Assembly: GCA_963701295.1 (NCBI GenBank)
Contig: OY969585.1
Coordinates: forward strand, 704,001-768,000
DNA: 64,000 bases
Reading direction: 5' to 3'
Source: Ignavibacteriota bacterium
GTDB lineage: Bacteria > Bacteroidota > Ignavibacteria > UBA10030
Shown here: positions 30,578-41,248 of the stretch, in pieces
How positions within the stretch are numbered: the first letter of the stretch is position 1
How the letters are laid out: each line of letters begins with the position of its first letter
Translations under genes and position numbers: made by a program
Notes under the pieces: model-generated
Database searches by the model: none
What the model was told of the DNA's origin: nothing
The model's input: the letters and a program-made list of their open reading frames with translations, nothing else

Positions 30578-32806
30578 ATGGTAAGCTTCCATAGCCTTCG
30601 AAAATTTCGTATCTCTTTAGGACCTGTCGATCAAGCACAAATTGTGGTTACTGTCTCTGTCGTAGTAACCCTCGCTACTATTTGGGTCGTACGAATAACA
30701 AGCGGCCGTACAATCGAATGGCTACTTTTCGGAAGTATTTTAACTGTCGGTATCTTTGGTTTTATTATCGTCTACTTTTCACTAAAGTACGGACGATTGC
30801 TTGAAGAACAAAAACAGGAGTTGCTTGCATTAAATACTTTTGCTGAATCCGTCAATCGAGCAATAGATGTTCAATTTCTTCTTCAAAACGCATTGTATGA
30901 AATGAGACGCTTGCTCAATGTGGAGTATGGATGGATTTACCGCGTTGAGGGTGACTTGCTATTGCTTAAAGCTTCACGGGGAACCGAGGAACTGGACATT
31001 TCAATTATTGAAGCGGTGGACGATCTAAATCAGGAAAAAATATCTTGGATCCGCTCTCCAAGAATTACTAAACGTCCAAGAAAAATCAAATCAAATGCAA
31101 ACAAGAACTCCGAATGGGAATATGGAAGCATCGGATCATGGGCATCTGTGCCAATAATGATGAAGGACCAAATGTCCGGATTGATCGTCTTGGCAAGCAA
31201 AAATCCAGAGGCTTTCGGAAACAAACAGATCGACTTTATTATGACGTTTGCCAACCAAATTGGCGTTGCCATGGAAAATGCAACCCTCTTTGAACGGGTC
31301 CGTAAATCAGAAGAACGCTACATTGATCTTTTTGAACATTCCCCGGACATGTCCCGCATTGTAAATAAATCTGGTATCATTACTAATTGTAACCAGACAG
31401 AAGCGACACGGCTTGGATATAGCAAAAGCGAAATGATTGGTCAATCCATTCTTAAGTTCTATCCACCGGAATACCATAATGAAGCACAACGTTTATTGCA
31501 CAACATTTTTGAAAATAATCTTGAAATTAAAGGGCTTGAAGAAAAAATGCTGGCAAAAAACGGCGAGTTGATTGATGTCAGTGTCAACGCCTCTATCATT
31601 CGAGATGAAGCTGGTCAACCATTGGTTCGTACCGTTGCCCGTGACATCACAGAAAAGAAAAATCTCGAAGCCAAGGTTATCCATGCGCAACGTATTGACA
31701 GCATTGGTAATCTTGCAGGCGGTGTTGCCCATGACTTCAACAATATCCTCACATCTATTCTTGGCTCCACATCTATTATGAAACGCAAGATGAAGCACGA
31801 CGATCATTGGTATCGATTTGCCGACATCATTGAGACTGCTGCCCGACGAGGAGCCGCCCTGACACGGCAATTATTGACATTCGCCCGTAAGGGGCATGTT
31901 CAATTTCGACCGGTCATCGTCAACGACATTATCGAAGAGACCCTTCGACTTTTTGAGCGCAGCATCGACAAAAAAATTAGTATTGAGAAAGATTTATTAG
32001 CGCAAGTATGTATCATTAGTGGAGATGATGGACAACTGCAGCAGTCACTTCTCAACCTACTCATCAATGCCCGCGATGCAATGCCAGACGGTGGTACTAT
32101 TACGGTACAGAGTCAAAAAAAGCACTTTGAGGAAGACACTACTGGTGCAGTGGAAATTCTGAAAGGTGATTACATTGCTATCTCTGTTATTGATACCGGT
32201 ATTGGGATGGATAAGGACATTCAACAGCATATCTTTGAGCCATTTTTCACAACGAAAGATCGAGGGAAAGGAACAGGACTTGGACTTTCTGTTGTATATG
32301 GTGTTGTAAACTCTCATAATGGTTTCATTTCGGTTCAAAGCGAACCCATGCATGGCACTCAATTTACCATGCACTTTCCCATATTGCCTGCATCAGAAAA
32401 TCTGCGGAGCAGCATCCGGCATTCAAAACTCGAACGAGGCACTGAACAAATCATTATTATCGATGATGAAAAGGATGTTGCGGGTGTCATTGGCGGGATG
32501 CTTGAAAGCCTGGGGTATCATATAACAATTGTTGACAGCGGGCGAAAAGCAATTAATCTCTTCAAGAAGAAAAAGAGATTCGACGTTGTCATCCTTGATC
32601 TCAACATGCCAAAAATGAGCGGGAAAGAAACCTTTGAGAAATTGAAGGAAATTGATCCGAAGATTCCAGTGATCATCTCCACCGGATATAGTGATCGAGA
32701 CATGGATGTCTCCCAATGGCGAGATATGGTCGATGCATTCCTCCAAAAGCCCTACCCGATTGAAGAACTCTCCAAAGCAATCCGTCTGATATTGGATAAC
32801 AAATAA
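30578..32806 (+). CDS. Membrane hybrid sensor kinase (2TM-GAF-PAS-HisKA-HATPase-REC)
   Basis: AGGVAHDFNN, NARDAM, GKGTGLGL, C-terminal LDLNMP receiver. Confidence 0.95.
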   Translation: MVSFHSLRKFRISLGPVDQAQIVVTVSVVVTLATIWVVRITSGRTIEWLLFGSILTVGIFGFIIVYFSLKYGRLLEEQKQELLALNTFAESVNRAIDVQFLLQNALYEMRRLLNVEYGWIYRVEGDLLLLKASRGTEELDISIIEAVDDLNQEKISWIRSPRITKRPRKIKSNANKNSEWEYGSIGSWASVPIMMKDQMSGLIVLASKNPEAFGNKQIDFIMTFANQIGVAMENATLFERVRKSEERYIDLFEHSPDMSRIVNKSGIITNCNQTEATRLGYSKSEMIGQSILKFYPPEYHNEAQRLLHNIFENNLEIKGLEEKMLAKNGELIDVSVNASIIRDEAGQPLVRTVARDITEKKNLEAKVIHAQRIDSIGNLAGGVAHDFNNILTSILGSTSIMKRKMKHDDHWYRFADIIETAARRGAALTRQLLTFARKGHVQFRPVIVNDIIEETLRLFERSIDKKISIEKDLLAQVCIISGDDGQLQQSLLNLLINARDAMPDGGTITVQSQKKHFEEDTTGAVEILKGDYIAISVIDTGIGMDKDIQQHIFEPFFTTKDRGKGTGLGLSVVYGVVNSHNGFISVQSEPMHGTQFTMHFPILPASENLRSSIRHSKLERGTEQIIIIDDEKDVAGVIGGMLESLGYHITIVDSGRKAINLFKKKKRFDVVILDLNMPKMSGKETFEKLKEIDPKIPVIISTGYSDRDMDVSQWRDMVDAFLQKPYPIEELSKAIRLILDNK

Positions 32807-33096
32807 GAAAAACCTGCTCACAGAACGCAATAAGTTCATGTTCCTTTTTTCTGTACAAAGTAATTACATGATTGAGAGGATTCAATGCGGATGAATCAGT
32901 ACTACGAGTAAGGAGTCACCACAATGTTACAATTTCTATATTCGATTGGAATTGTTTCTAACGTTGATTATATAAGCCATTGTAGTTAGAAAAGTCTCTT
33001 GAGAGTAATGAGTTAAAACTCGTGGATATCCAACTATAACCGGAAGCCTGAGTCGACCACTGATAATTACGGAGTGAACCTTTGCAAATGGCACAC

Positions 33097-33803
33097 TCAC
33101 TTCCCTGTCAACCTAAATTGGAACGGTATCGATACCCACACAGTCACTGGTTTTCCTTGCATAAGTGCCGGAGTAAAGACCCATTTTTGAGCAGCCGCAA
33201 GAGCTGATTCAGTAAAAACTTCATCGCTTGTTTTCCCGAGCAATGCCTTTTTAACTTTTCCATCTTTATTAAGCAGTACCTGAACAATGACTGTTCCTTC
33301 TATTCCGGCACGTTTAGCAATATCTGGATATTCTGGAACTGCTCTGAAAATGATCATAGGCTCACACTCGGTTGGATGGTACTCAGTGGATAGCGGATCC
33401 TGATCTTTAATTTTGAGATCGACATTTTCAGAGACATCGCCTACTTGTTCCCACCCACGATCTGCTTGACGAGCCAAGTCTTCTTGACCAGCAAATAGTA
33501 TTTCCGGTTTCACATCACAATCAGGTATTGGAACCGGTACTCCAAAAGATAATTTTGCCGGTATGTGCAGAATGGCTGAAAATGCAGTGGGTGGATGAAT
33601 TGGGGGTGGAAGAAACATGTTGGATCAATAAGAATTGTTCTTTTGGGAGGATCAATCGGCTTTAACCATTCAGCAAGATGGTAGGCACCAATCACCATTA
33701 TCTGAACCGTAATGGCAATCAACATTGCCAGCATCATATAGCGATGATGAACTTGGCGAAGTTCCAGATATCCGTATGGGGTCGGGGCAATGAGCGTTTT
33801 CAT
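33097..33803 (-). pseudogene. tonB: Energy transducer TonB, frameshifted near 33615
   Basis: PYGYLEL plus TM anchor in one frame; Pro-rich linker and PEYP..A..AGIEG.V.V...A..W.F.PA TonB_C domain in another. Confidence 0.8.
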
Positions 33804-33910
33804 AACAGTCTCTCCTTTCCTATTTGAATGTGGACTTGATTGTTTGTATCATTTCGCTGCAATCTCCATTCACCTTCTTCTTATGAATGACATAAACAGA
33901 CGAAAGGTAA

Positions 33911-34495
33911 ATGCAAACACCTTTATTTTTTCTCAATAATGACTCGAAACTGCTGGATGCGTTACGAAACGGCAATGATCAAGTATTGGTGGAGCTTTTT
34001 CAGAAGAATCGTCGGTCCATCACCTCTCTTGTTCTAAGAAATCAAGGTACGGAGGATGACGCAGAAGATATTCTTCAAGAAGCATTGGTGGTACTCTGGG
34101 AGAAAATCCGCAGCGGTTCATTCGAATATCAGGCAAAAATGAGCACGTATATCTATGCTACAGCAAAAAACATATGGTTTCGGCGCTTGGCACGGCGACG
34201 GCGGGAAGTTCCTGCAACCAATGAAGCCTTTGAAGTGGCAGCGGAAGATACAACGCCTCAGGAAGAATTGGAGGAAAACGAGCGTATTACCGCTGTTCAA
34301 CATGCGCTGGAACAGATCGGAAATCCCTGCCGTAATATCCTTCTTCTTTATTATTGGGAGGAACAATCGATGGAAGAAATTGCATTAAAACTCGGTTTTG
34401 CAAATGCTGATACAGTGAAATCAAAAAAATATCAATGCAAGAAAATGCTGGGACGGCTCGTGAAAAAAGTGCTTGGAGGTAACAGCGAGCAATGA
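33911..34495 (+). CDS. ECF RNA polymerase sigma factor
   Basis: DAEDILQE region 2, TYIY..AKN.W, SMEEIA..LG....TVKS region 4. Confidence 0.93.
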   Translation: MQTPLFFLNNDSKLLDALRNGNDQVLVELFQKNRRSITSLVLRNQGTEDDAEDILQEALVVLWEKIRSGSFEYQAKMSTYIYATAKNIWFRRLARRRREVPATNEAFEVAAEDTTPQEELEENERITAVQHALEQIGNPCRNILLLYYWEEQSMEEIALKLGFANADTVKSKKYQCKKMLGRLVKKVLGGNSEQ

Positions 34496-35226
34496 AGGAA
34501 AAGAATTCGCAGCACTGGGCATCTGACCCGGAAAAAGTTGAAGCGTTTGTCCTTCATCGGATTAATGAATCGGAAAGAGTCTCCTGTACCACACACTTGA
34601 ATCAATGCGAAGGATGCCGTCGCGCTGTACAAGAAGAACGAGAACTTGTTGCGGGGATACGATATGTCGGCCGCAAAGAAATGAAACTTCGGCTGAAGCA
34701 ATGGATACAACATGATCAAGGAACACGATTTGATTGGACGCAAATAGCAAGCCTCGCTGCGGCAATTGTACTTATGCTCGGTGCGGTGTTTACCATCAGA
34801 TGGTTTACTGATTTTAATCAAATCAAAACACGGTTGCATGAAATTGTTCTTAAGAGCGATAATTCTTCACAGCGTTCAACATGGATAATCGGAAAAGTTG
34901 TAGAACAAAAAAGAGTTTTTCGAGGAACAATTTTAAAAAACAGTTCTTTGTTTATTCTTAAACAAGGAAATGTGACACGGACTGTTTCCATTCGGAGTGC
35001 TCTGACTGCCGAGCTTCCTTTAACAATGAGAACATCTGATGAATCGAATCTTCAAACGTTGTTCGAGCGAACCCCAGATGGTTTGCAACTAACCATTTAT
35101 TCAATTCCTGCATCAAATTCTGCTATAACTGGGATCGAAGCAGTAACAGCAGATTCGCTTATCGTGTATTTCCAGGGTCAACAGATTGCATATCATATCC
35201 CAGGCGGTTGGGCTGGAAAGATATAA
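34492..35226 (+). CDS. Putative zinc-binding (ZAS) membrane anti-sigma factor
   Basis: HLNQCEGC (HxxxCxxC), one TM, ATGA overlap with the sigma gene. Confidence 0.8.
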   Translation: MKEKNSQHWASDPEKVEAFVLHRINESERVSCTTHLNQCEGCRRAVQEERELVAGIRYVGRKEMKLRLKQWIQHDQGTRFDWTQIASLAAAIVLMLGAVFTIRWFTDFNQIKTRLHEIVLKSDNSSQRSTWIIGKVVEQKRVFRGTILKNSSLFILKQGNVTRTVSIRSALTAELPLTMRTSDESNLQTLFERTPDGLQLTIYSIPASNSAITGIEAVTADSLIVYFQGQQIAYHIPGGWAGKI

Positions 35227-35299
35227 GAAACACAAAGCCCGATTCCGTTTTCGCAGAACCAGGCTTTCTCAACTTTTCATAGTACTCATGTACTCAAAA

Positions 35300-37504
35300 T
35301 CATTTCGAAGTCATGACAAAGATACCGTTCCAATCATCCGGTGGCGGAGTCAATTTGTACAGGCTCGCACGTTCGGAATAAATCTGTGCGGCATAACAGG
35401 TTTCGTCGAGCGAATACGCTTGCTGCATGTAAGCATTCGCTTCTTCCCATTGACGTGCACGGTAGAGTCTCAACCCCTCGTTATACAACTCTAAAGATTG
35501 CCGCTTGCTGTTCGTCATCTCCATCTTGGCAGTTCCGAGTAGTTCATACACTTTCACCGGTTCATTTTTACCTTTTACCTGAATCAAATCAAGCTCTCGT
35601 ACAACTACTTTTTCTTTAACGTGTGTATATGTAAAATCACTGATCATAATATTCGACTTGTATTGCTTATTGGCGCCTTCGAGACGCGAGGCGAGGTTCA
35701 CACTGTCGCCGATTACGGTGTAGTCGAATCGATCTTTGCCACCCATATTTCCGACGATCATAACGCCGGTGTTGATCCCCATACGCATCGTGAGCGCTGG
35801 TTTCCCCTCCTTGGTCCATTTGATTCGAAGCACTTCTAACCGTTTTTGCATATCCAACGCTGCAAGGCATGTGCGAAGGGCATGGTCTTTCTGAGGAAGC
35901 GGAGCGCCCCAGAACGCCATGATCGCGTCGCCTTCATACTTATCCAATGTTCCTTCGTACTTCAGCACCAGGCGGGTCATCTCATCCAGAAATTCATTAA
36001 GCAACGCTACCAATCCTTCTGGCTTGCTATGATACTGTTCGGAAATGTTTGTAAAGTTTGCAATATCAGAGAAGAACACCGTCAGTTCACAGCGATCGCC
36101 TCCTAATTTTGCTTTCTCCGGATTCGCAACTAATTCATTCACGACTGCCGGATTGATATAGTGACCGAACATATTTTTGATGACAGCTTTTTGCTGGCGC
36201 TCCGTCAAGTACTGATATACCGCCGTGCCGAAGTACGCAAGCACGATCGCAAAGCTTGGATTCACTACATTCATCAACACATTACCATTGATAAAGGTTA
36301 TGATAGAAATTTCGAATACCGCACCGATGAGCAGGACCGTGAGCAAGAACGTACCAATCTCCATCAGCCAGACATGTCGTATATGAATCTGCTTTAACGC
36401 CAACAAACCGATGAAGACAAAGACCGAGAGGAATATAATTATGATACTTTCAATGATGGGATCCATTGTTGAAATAAAATTTTTATCGATCACGTTTTGA
36501 ATAGCGGTAGCGTGAATCTCGACACCATTCATCGCATAATTATTCTTTCCTCCTTCTTCTATGTACAACGGAATATTATGGAAATCGCGCTCATCCGGCA
36601 TCACAGAGCCGATCAATACAATTTTATTCCTGAACTTACTCATCATCTCTTCGTCGAACAGGTTAAGATCCGTTTCGTATTGGATCTCGTCCTTCGTTTT
36701 AAACGATGAATCGTCTATGACTTTTGAGAAATCGTAATAGGGGAATGATTTTACTGGACCATAGTAGTTAAGCAAAAATGTAGAGCTTTGATATCGTGGA
36801 ATAGAACGGTCTCGGTAATCAAAGAATTGATCTGTTAAGCCAACGCATGTCTCTGGCTTTAATTTGTAAACTCGATTGAGAGCTGCAAACGCGAGTGATG
36901 GAGTTAAATATCCCTTCACATCGAGCATTGGAAAATAGGAACGACAGACATCATCGTGGTCTTTATAAATATTCACAATTCCGATGCTTTTATCGACATC
37001 ATAGAAGATATTTCCATATGATCGTTCGGTAGCGCGTACATAGTATTTTTCACTCGTACCGCCGGTCTGGACTTTTGCGGCAAGCACAACATTATCATAT
37101 TTTTTTAATGCAGCCCTCATGCTGCTGTCTCCGGCGGCATCCTTAATAGATTCGAAGGTCAAATCAAACACAATGACTTTTGCTCCCGCCCTATTCAGGT
37201 TCTCAATAATATGGGCATAATACGACCGGGGGAATGGAAACGGTTCCGGTAACGCTACAAGATCCTCGTCGGAGATCCCGATGATCACGACATTACCATC
37301 CTTACTGAGATCGCGCCTCTGTTCTTCGCGTTCGTACTTACTCTGGTAGCGAAAATCAATCGTCAACAGATCGATGTTTTTCAAAAAGTTCAATTCGAAA
37401 AACCATCCTTGCCCGAGAACGACAACGAACACACCGATACCCAATCCGATTGCAACCTTTATAAGAAGGGGCAGAATTTTTTTCTTGAATTCATAGGAAG
37501 CCAT
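35300..37504 (-). CDS. CHASE2-domain class III adenylate/guanylate cyclase
   Basis: PFPRS.YA, GAK.IVFD, GVEIHA (CHASE2); FSDIANFT, DKYEGDA, DYTVIGDSVNLASRLE; the K/D specificity pair points to ATP. Confidence 0.95.
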   Translation of the reverse strand: MASYEFKKKILPLLIKVAIGLGIGVFVVVLGQGWFFELNFLKNIDLLTIDFRYQSKYEREEQRRDLSKDGNVVIIGISDEDLVALPEPFPFPRSYYAHIIENLNRAGAKVIVFDLTFESIKDAAGDSSMRAALKKYDNVVLAAKVQTGGTSEKYYVRATERSYGNIFYDVDKSIGIVNIYKDHDDVCRSYFPMLDVKGYLTPSLAFAALNRVYKLKPETCVGLTDQFFDYRDRSIPRYQSSTFLLNYYGPVKSFPYYDFSKVIDDSSFKTKDEIQYETDLNLFDEEMMSKFRNKIVLIGSVMPDERDFHNIPLYIEEGGKNNYAMNGVEIHATAIQNVIDKNFISTMDPIIESIIIIFLSVFVFIGLLALKQIHIRHVWLMEIGTFLLTVLLIGAVFEISIITFINGNVLMNVVNPSFAIVLAYFGTAVYQYLTERQQKAVIKNMFGHYINPAVVNELVANPEKAKLGGDRCELTVFFSDIANFTNISEQYHSKPEGLVALLNEFLDEMTRLVLKYEGTLDKYEGDAIMAFWGAPLPQKDHALRTCLAALDMQKRLEVLRIKWTKEGKPALTMRMGINTGVMIVGNMGGKDRFDYTVIGDSVNLASRLEGANKQYKSNIMISDFTYTHVKEKVVVRELDLIQVKGKNEPVKVYELLGTAKMEMTNSKRQSLELYNEGLRLYRARQWEEANAYMQQAYSLDETCYAAQIYSERASLYKLTPPPDDWNGIFVMTSK

Positions 37505-37597
37505 AATTCTGATTCCTTTTGAGATGAACGGGAGGAAAAGCTTCGTGTCTCTTCGCAAAAGAATAGACACGAAGTCCTCGTTATTTCACTTGGTCCG

Positions 37598-40082
37598 TCA
37601 GAACATAAATCGATATAAGATGCTAAAGACTACATCACTTGCGTTGTCCGAATTCTTGATAAAATCGAACTGGCTGACGAGATAATGATTTTCCCTTACC
37701 TGATACTCGGCGCCAGCTTGCAGAAGAAGCCGTTTAAAATCACCGAACGATGGGGCCACCGTTGCCAGCAGATTAAGCCGATCATGCATTATCCGATATC
37801 GTGCACCAAGTGAAATAGTTTGATAATTGAACATCTGTTTCTGTGTTGTATTTAAATATACTTGTTGCACTGAATCCCATGCAGAATACGAGGCAGTATG
37901 ACTCACAATGACTCCAATGGTTGTTTGCAGCGGAATAGAAAAGAACGAAGAGATCATTGTAGAAAAGTTAATATTGTCTTGATCACGCTTGTAAAATGTA
38001 TTGTCTTTTTTGTTTGCTATACTGACGGATGCCGTTAGGCTATTCCGTACAACCATCTGAAAATCGTAATTCATGGCAATAAAAAATCGGTCGGTCTTTT
38101 CTGAAGCAATGCTGAGTGAATCGATTTGTGTTGTATCGATAGATAGATCGATAGGGTTCTTTCGGGTATTCAGACCATACCCAATGGTGAACGATGGAAG
38201 CTCTGCACTTGGATACGCTGTTATAGATGTATTCAATGTATTGTACGTTGTTGTCGGTGTAAGTGCATCATTCTGCGTGTTATTGCTTTTGGTTTCGTAC
38301 GAAGCGCTCGCCATGATTTTATTGTTGAACATCCGAACACGATCGGAGATATTGATGCCGGCAATATCGTTCTGAACAAAATCATTGCCAAACGATGTAT
38401 ATGAAATACCTCTCCGGAACACCATGGCGCGAAGATAATTGTTCAAGTAATTCAAGGAAAGTTCCGATTCGAACGCAAGCGACGGCATTCCTTTTATCGG
38501 GTTCAGTGGCGACAGACCAGAATTAATAGTAATAATGGAACGTACGATCTTAGCAACCTTTTTTAAATCATCGGCTTCTTTCTTGGCATCCTCAATTTGC
38601 TCGGGTGTTTTCGTTGGATCATTGACACCTTCAAATTCATCAATCTCTTCATCAGTATAGCTGCCTGGTGAAATATCGTTGTTCTCAAGACTAAATACTG
38701 CCTGGCTTGCCCACCTCACCTTCTGATTATCAAATGCAAGCAGCAAATCAGCGCCTGCTACAACATTCTCCTTCGGATACGTTCCATAAGTAATAGAACC
38801 TTCATCATCTTTCGCTTTCATATAAGTGAGACCGAATTGGAAGTTTTCTCCGCTGCCAAAGCTTGGACGTATGGCTAAAAAGTTGCGCGCATATGCGCCA
38901 GAATTAAAGAGTCGGTACCTGAAGTCCGCCGAGCGGTATTGCTTCGTTCGGATGTGCGGCTGCTGAAGAAGAATCGGCATACACTGTATCTCGAATGTTC
39001 GTGCCCTCGATAGCGCGATCCGTTTTCCCGTACGATACATCAAGATTAAAAAAACCGAGTGTGACTGAACCTGTAATACCACGCACACGTTTGCCGCTCA
39101 CAATGAGCGAAGGAAACTGCGGATACGCATCGCCAATTTGCACTTTTGCATAATCAGCTTCTTGGAATGTTGCAAGAAATCTATCCTGCGGCTGTAAGTA
39201 CGGTTTTTCTTCATTCGTCAAGTGCATATCACCGCTGAAGAGGAAATCTTTATACGAACCTCCTACATGAGCGTCCCCGCGTACATATGTTGTCGTAGCA
39301 GAATCGACCTTCTCGTTCCGGAATTCAGCCTGCGCATTACCGGTATATTGAAGCGAAGATTTTTGTTCTTCTATGGCCGTGGCAGTGGAAAGATTAAAAT
39401 TCTCCTGTTTCGTATAATATATATTTCCCAGCGTATCTTTCAGTTCTATTCTAATTGAGTGTGCACCAAAATTGAGCGGCTTATCAAAATTCTTTGGGCT
39501 GTACAGCAGCACATCGTCTGATAGTAACGCTTCCCTTGTGACATCTGCCCCATCAAGGTAGATGCGAGTACGCTTTTTATCAACGATGTCTGAAGCATAC
39601 ATCAACGATACAGCAACGGCAAGATCTTCTGCCGCGAGTGTCTCACCGGGTTCGGGGCTTAGGAAACGCACTTCAAGATCTTTCACGTCTACTTCTTTGA
39701 CCTGAATTTTTAGCGGATTCGTTTCAGGGTTTTCAGAGGGAAATGTCGCTTGTTTGTTATCGGCAAGTTGCATGCCGATATAATACTCAATGTATGGCGG
39801 TGTCATTGCCTTAGCCGGTATTGTCGCAACTGCGGTGCGCCCGGAGAGGAGCATGTCCGTTTCTTTAAATTCCGACTTTCCAAATTCCCGATAGTGAAGC
39901 ACTACTCTGCGAATCTGAGTATTCTGTGTCAGTTCTACGCTGAGTGAAAGTGGTGTCTTCTCATTGGCTGTCGGTACTTTGACTTCGATAACATATTGGC
40001 TGACCTGCCCATATACAATCGGAAGAAACATCGTAATGAGGAAGAGCGAGAAGACGAGGGTTTTGGAGAGTGTCCTGTTCAT
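37598..40082 (-). pseudogene. Large secreted protein with N-terminal Ig-like domains and probable outer-membrane beta-barrel, frameshifted near 38925
   Basis: Signal peptide MNRTLSK; GDAYP.F..L..SGKRVRG; alternating beta pattern ending YRFMF; two overlapping ORFs join at GGCGGACTTCAGG. Confidence 0.72.
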
Positions 40083-40216
40083 ATCAATTACCTTCAATGA
40101 TGTGTACTGCTCGAATTTTTGAATCGAAGACAAAAAGAAACGGCGGGTTATGTTATGCCCGTCGTTCAATTTATAAAAAGCATCTATATGAAGCAAGACC
40201 TGAAAAAGTAGTATCT

Positions 40217-41230
40217 TTATTCATTCCATCTTAACACGATTACTTTCTCTTGTAAAGAGCCGGTTTGACCAGGTATGCGAAGTTCGTACTGAACCGCCTC
40301 TACCGGAACAGCGGCTGGTTTTGTTGTTCCATCCTGTGGCACTAGCGTTATAGAGCCATCATTCAGTTTGATAGAGAGATAATATTCAAGTTTTGGATAT
40401 TTTACTTTGTTCGCCGGCAATTGACCCGTTGCAACCTGCCCTGTAATGGTCAAGGGAAGTTCGGTATACGTTTGTTCATTCTGTTTCCGATAAAAGAGGC
40501 TGGCAGCTATTGCTTTTCCTTGAAACGAAGATAAGTTGGCACGCACTGAACCGGTTTGTTTTGATTTAAGTTGACTGAACTCCGGACCAATACCGCCAGA
40601 GTCGATATTTCCTAAGTTTTGGCTCTGTCTTATATTATTTAAAATCAACGCACTCGCTTTGCCGACATTGAATTTGCCGCTACTGTCAGCAACACCAGTT
40701 TGTCCTGCACCAACGGGTCCCTTCTTACCAGATATGGAATTTGTAAATTCGGCAAGACCCTCGGCAATAGTCAAAGAATCTGCTTTGCCGCCGGAAACAT
40801 AACCGCCGAGCGTTCCGCGAATGGACGCAACAGAAATGGGAGATGAGAACCGGAATTGTTCCGTTTCTGCTTTCTTCACATCGAAAATTATATCCCCGCG
40901 ATCCATATGAACACTGCGGCTGAGAATTTCTTTTCCCTTCACTTCACCTTTAATCGTGACAATAGATTTTTCACGGAGAATCAGTTTCGATTGATCCGCA
41001 AAAAGAATCATCGCCAAGGATCCTTTATCCGTTTTCACTTCATAACCGGACTTTAACGTGCTCAATGGAACTGCTTTCTGCCATCCCTTTGTAGGAGATT
41101 TCATGTTTACATCCCGAATGACTTTCACTACGTAGGCAGAGATATCTTTTTTGTCTTGTTTTCCTACTTGCCCCAGTGAAAACATTCCAAGGAATATAAA
41201 AACACCGATTACGATAATCTTCTTTGTCAT
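40217..41230 (-). CDS. Secreted FecR-domain protein with extra Ig-like domain
   Basis: Signal peptide; VKT..GS.A.I.F.D.S.L.L.E.S and SP.SVASIRGT FecR motifs. Confidence 0.85.
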   Translation of the reverse strand: MTKKIIVIGVFIFLGMFSLGQVGKQDKKDISAYVVKVIRDVNMKSPTKGWQKAVPLSTLKSGYEVKTDKGSLAMILFADQSKLILREKSIVTIKGEVKGKEILSRSVHMDRGDIIFDVKKAETEQFRFSSPISVASIRGTLGGYVSGGKADSLTIAEGLAEFTNSISGKKGPVGAGQTGVADSSGKFNVGKASALILNNIRQSQNLGNIDSGGIGPEFSQLKSKQTGSVRANLSSFQGKAIAASLFYRKQNEQTYTELPLTITGQVATGQLPANKVKYPKLEYYLSIKLNDGSITLVPQDGTTKPAAVPVEAVQYELRIPGQTGSLQEKVIVLRWNE

Positions 41231-41248
41231 GGCCTTCTCCTTTAGCGC

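Noticed and set aside
32924-32989. 21-aa ORF with an AAGGAG RBS after the hybrid kinase
   Set aside because: Too short, no motif or other support; may be a gene remnant
24515-38950. Programmed frameshifting or phase variation at the three split genes
   Set aside because: No slippery heptamer, long homopolymer or tandem repeat at the junctions
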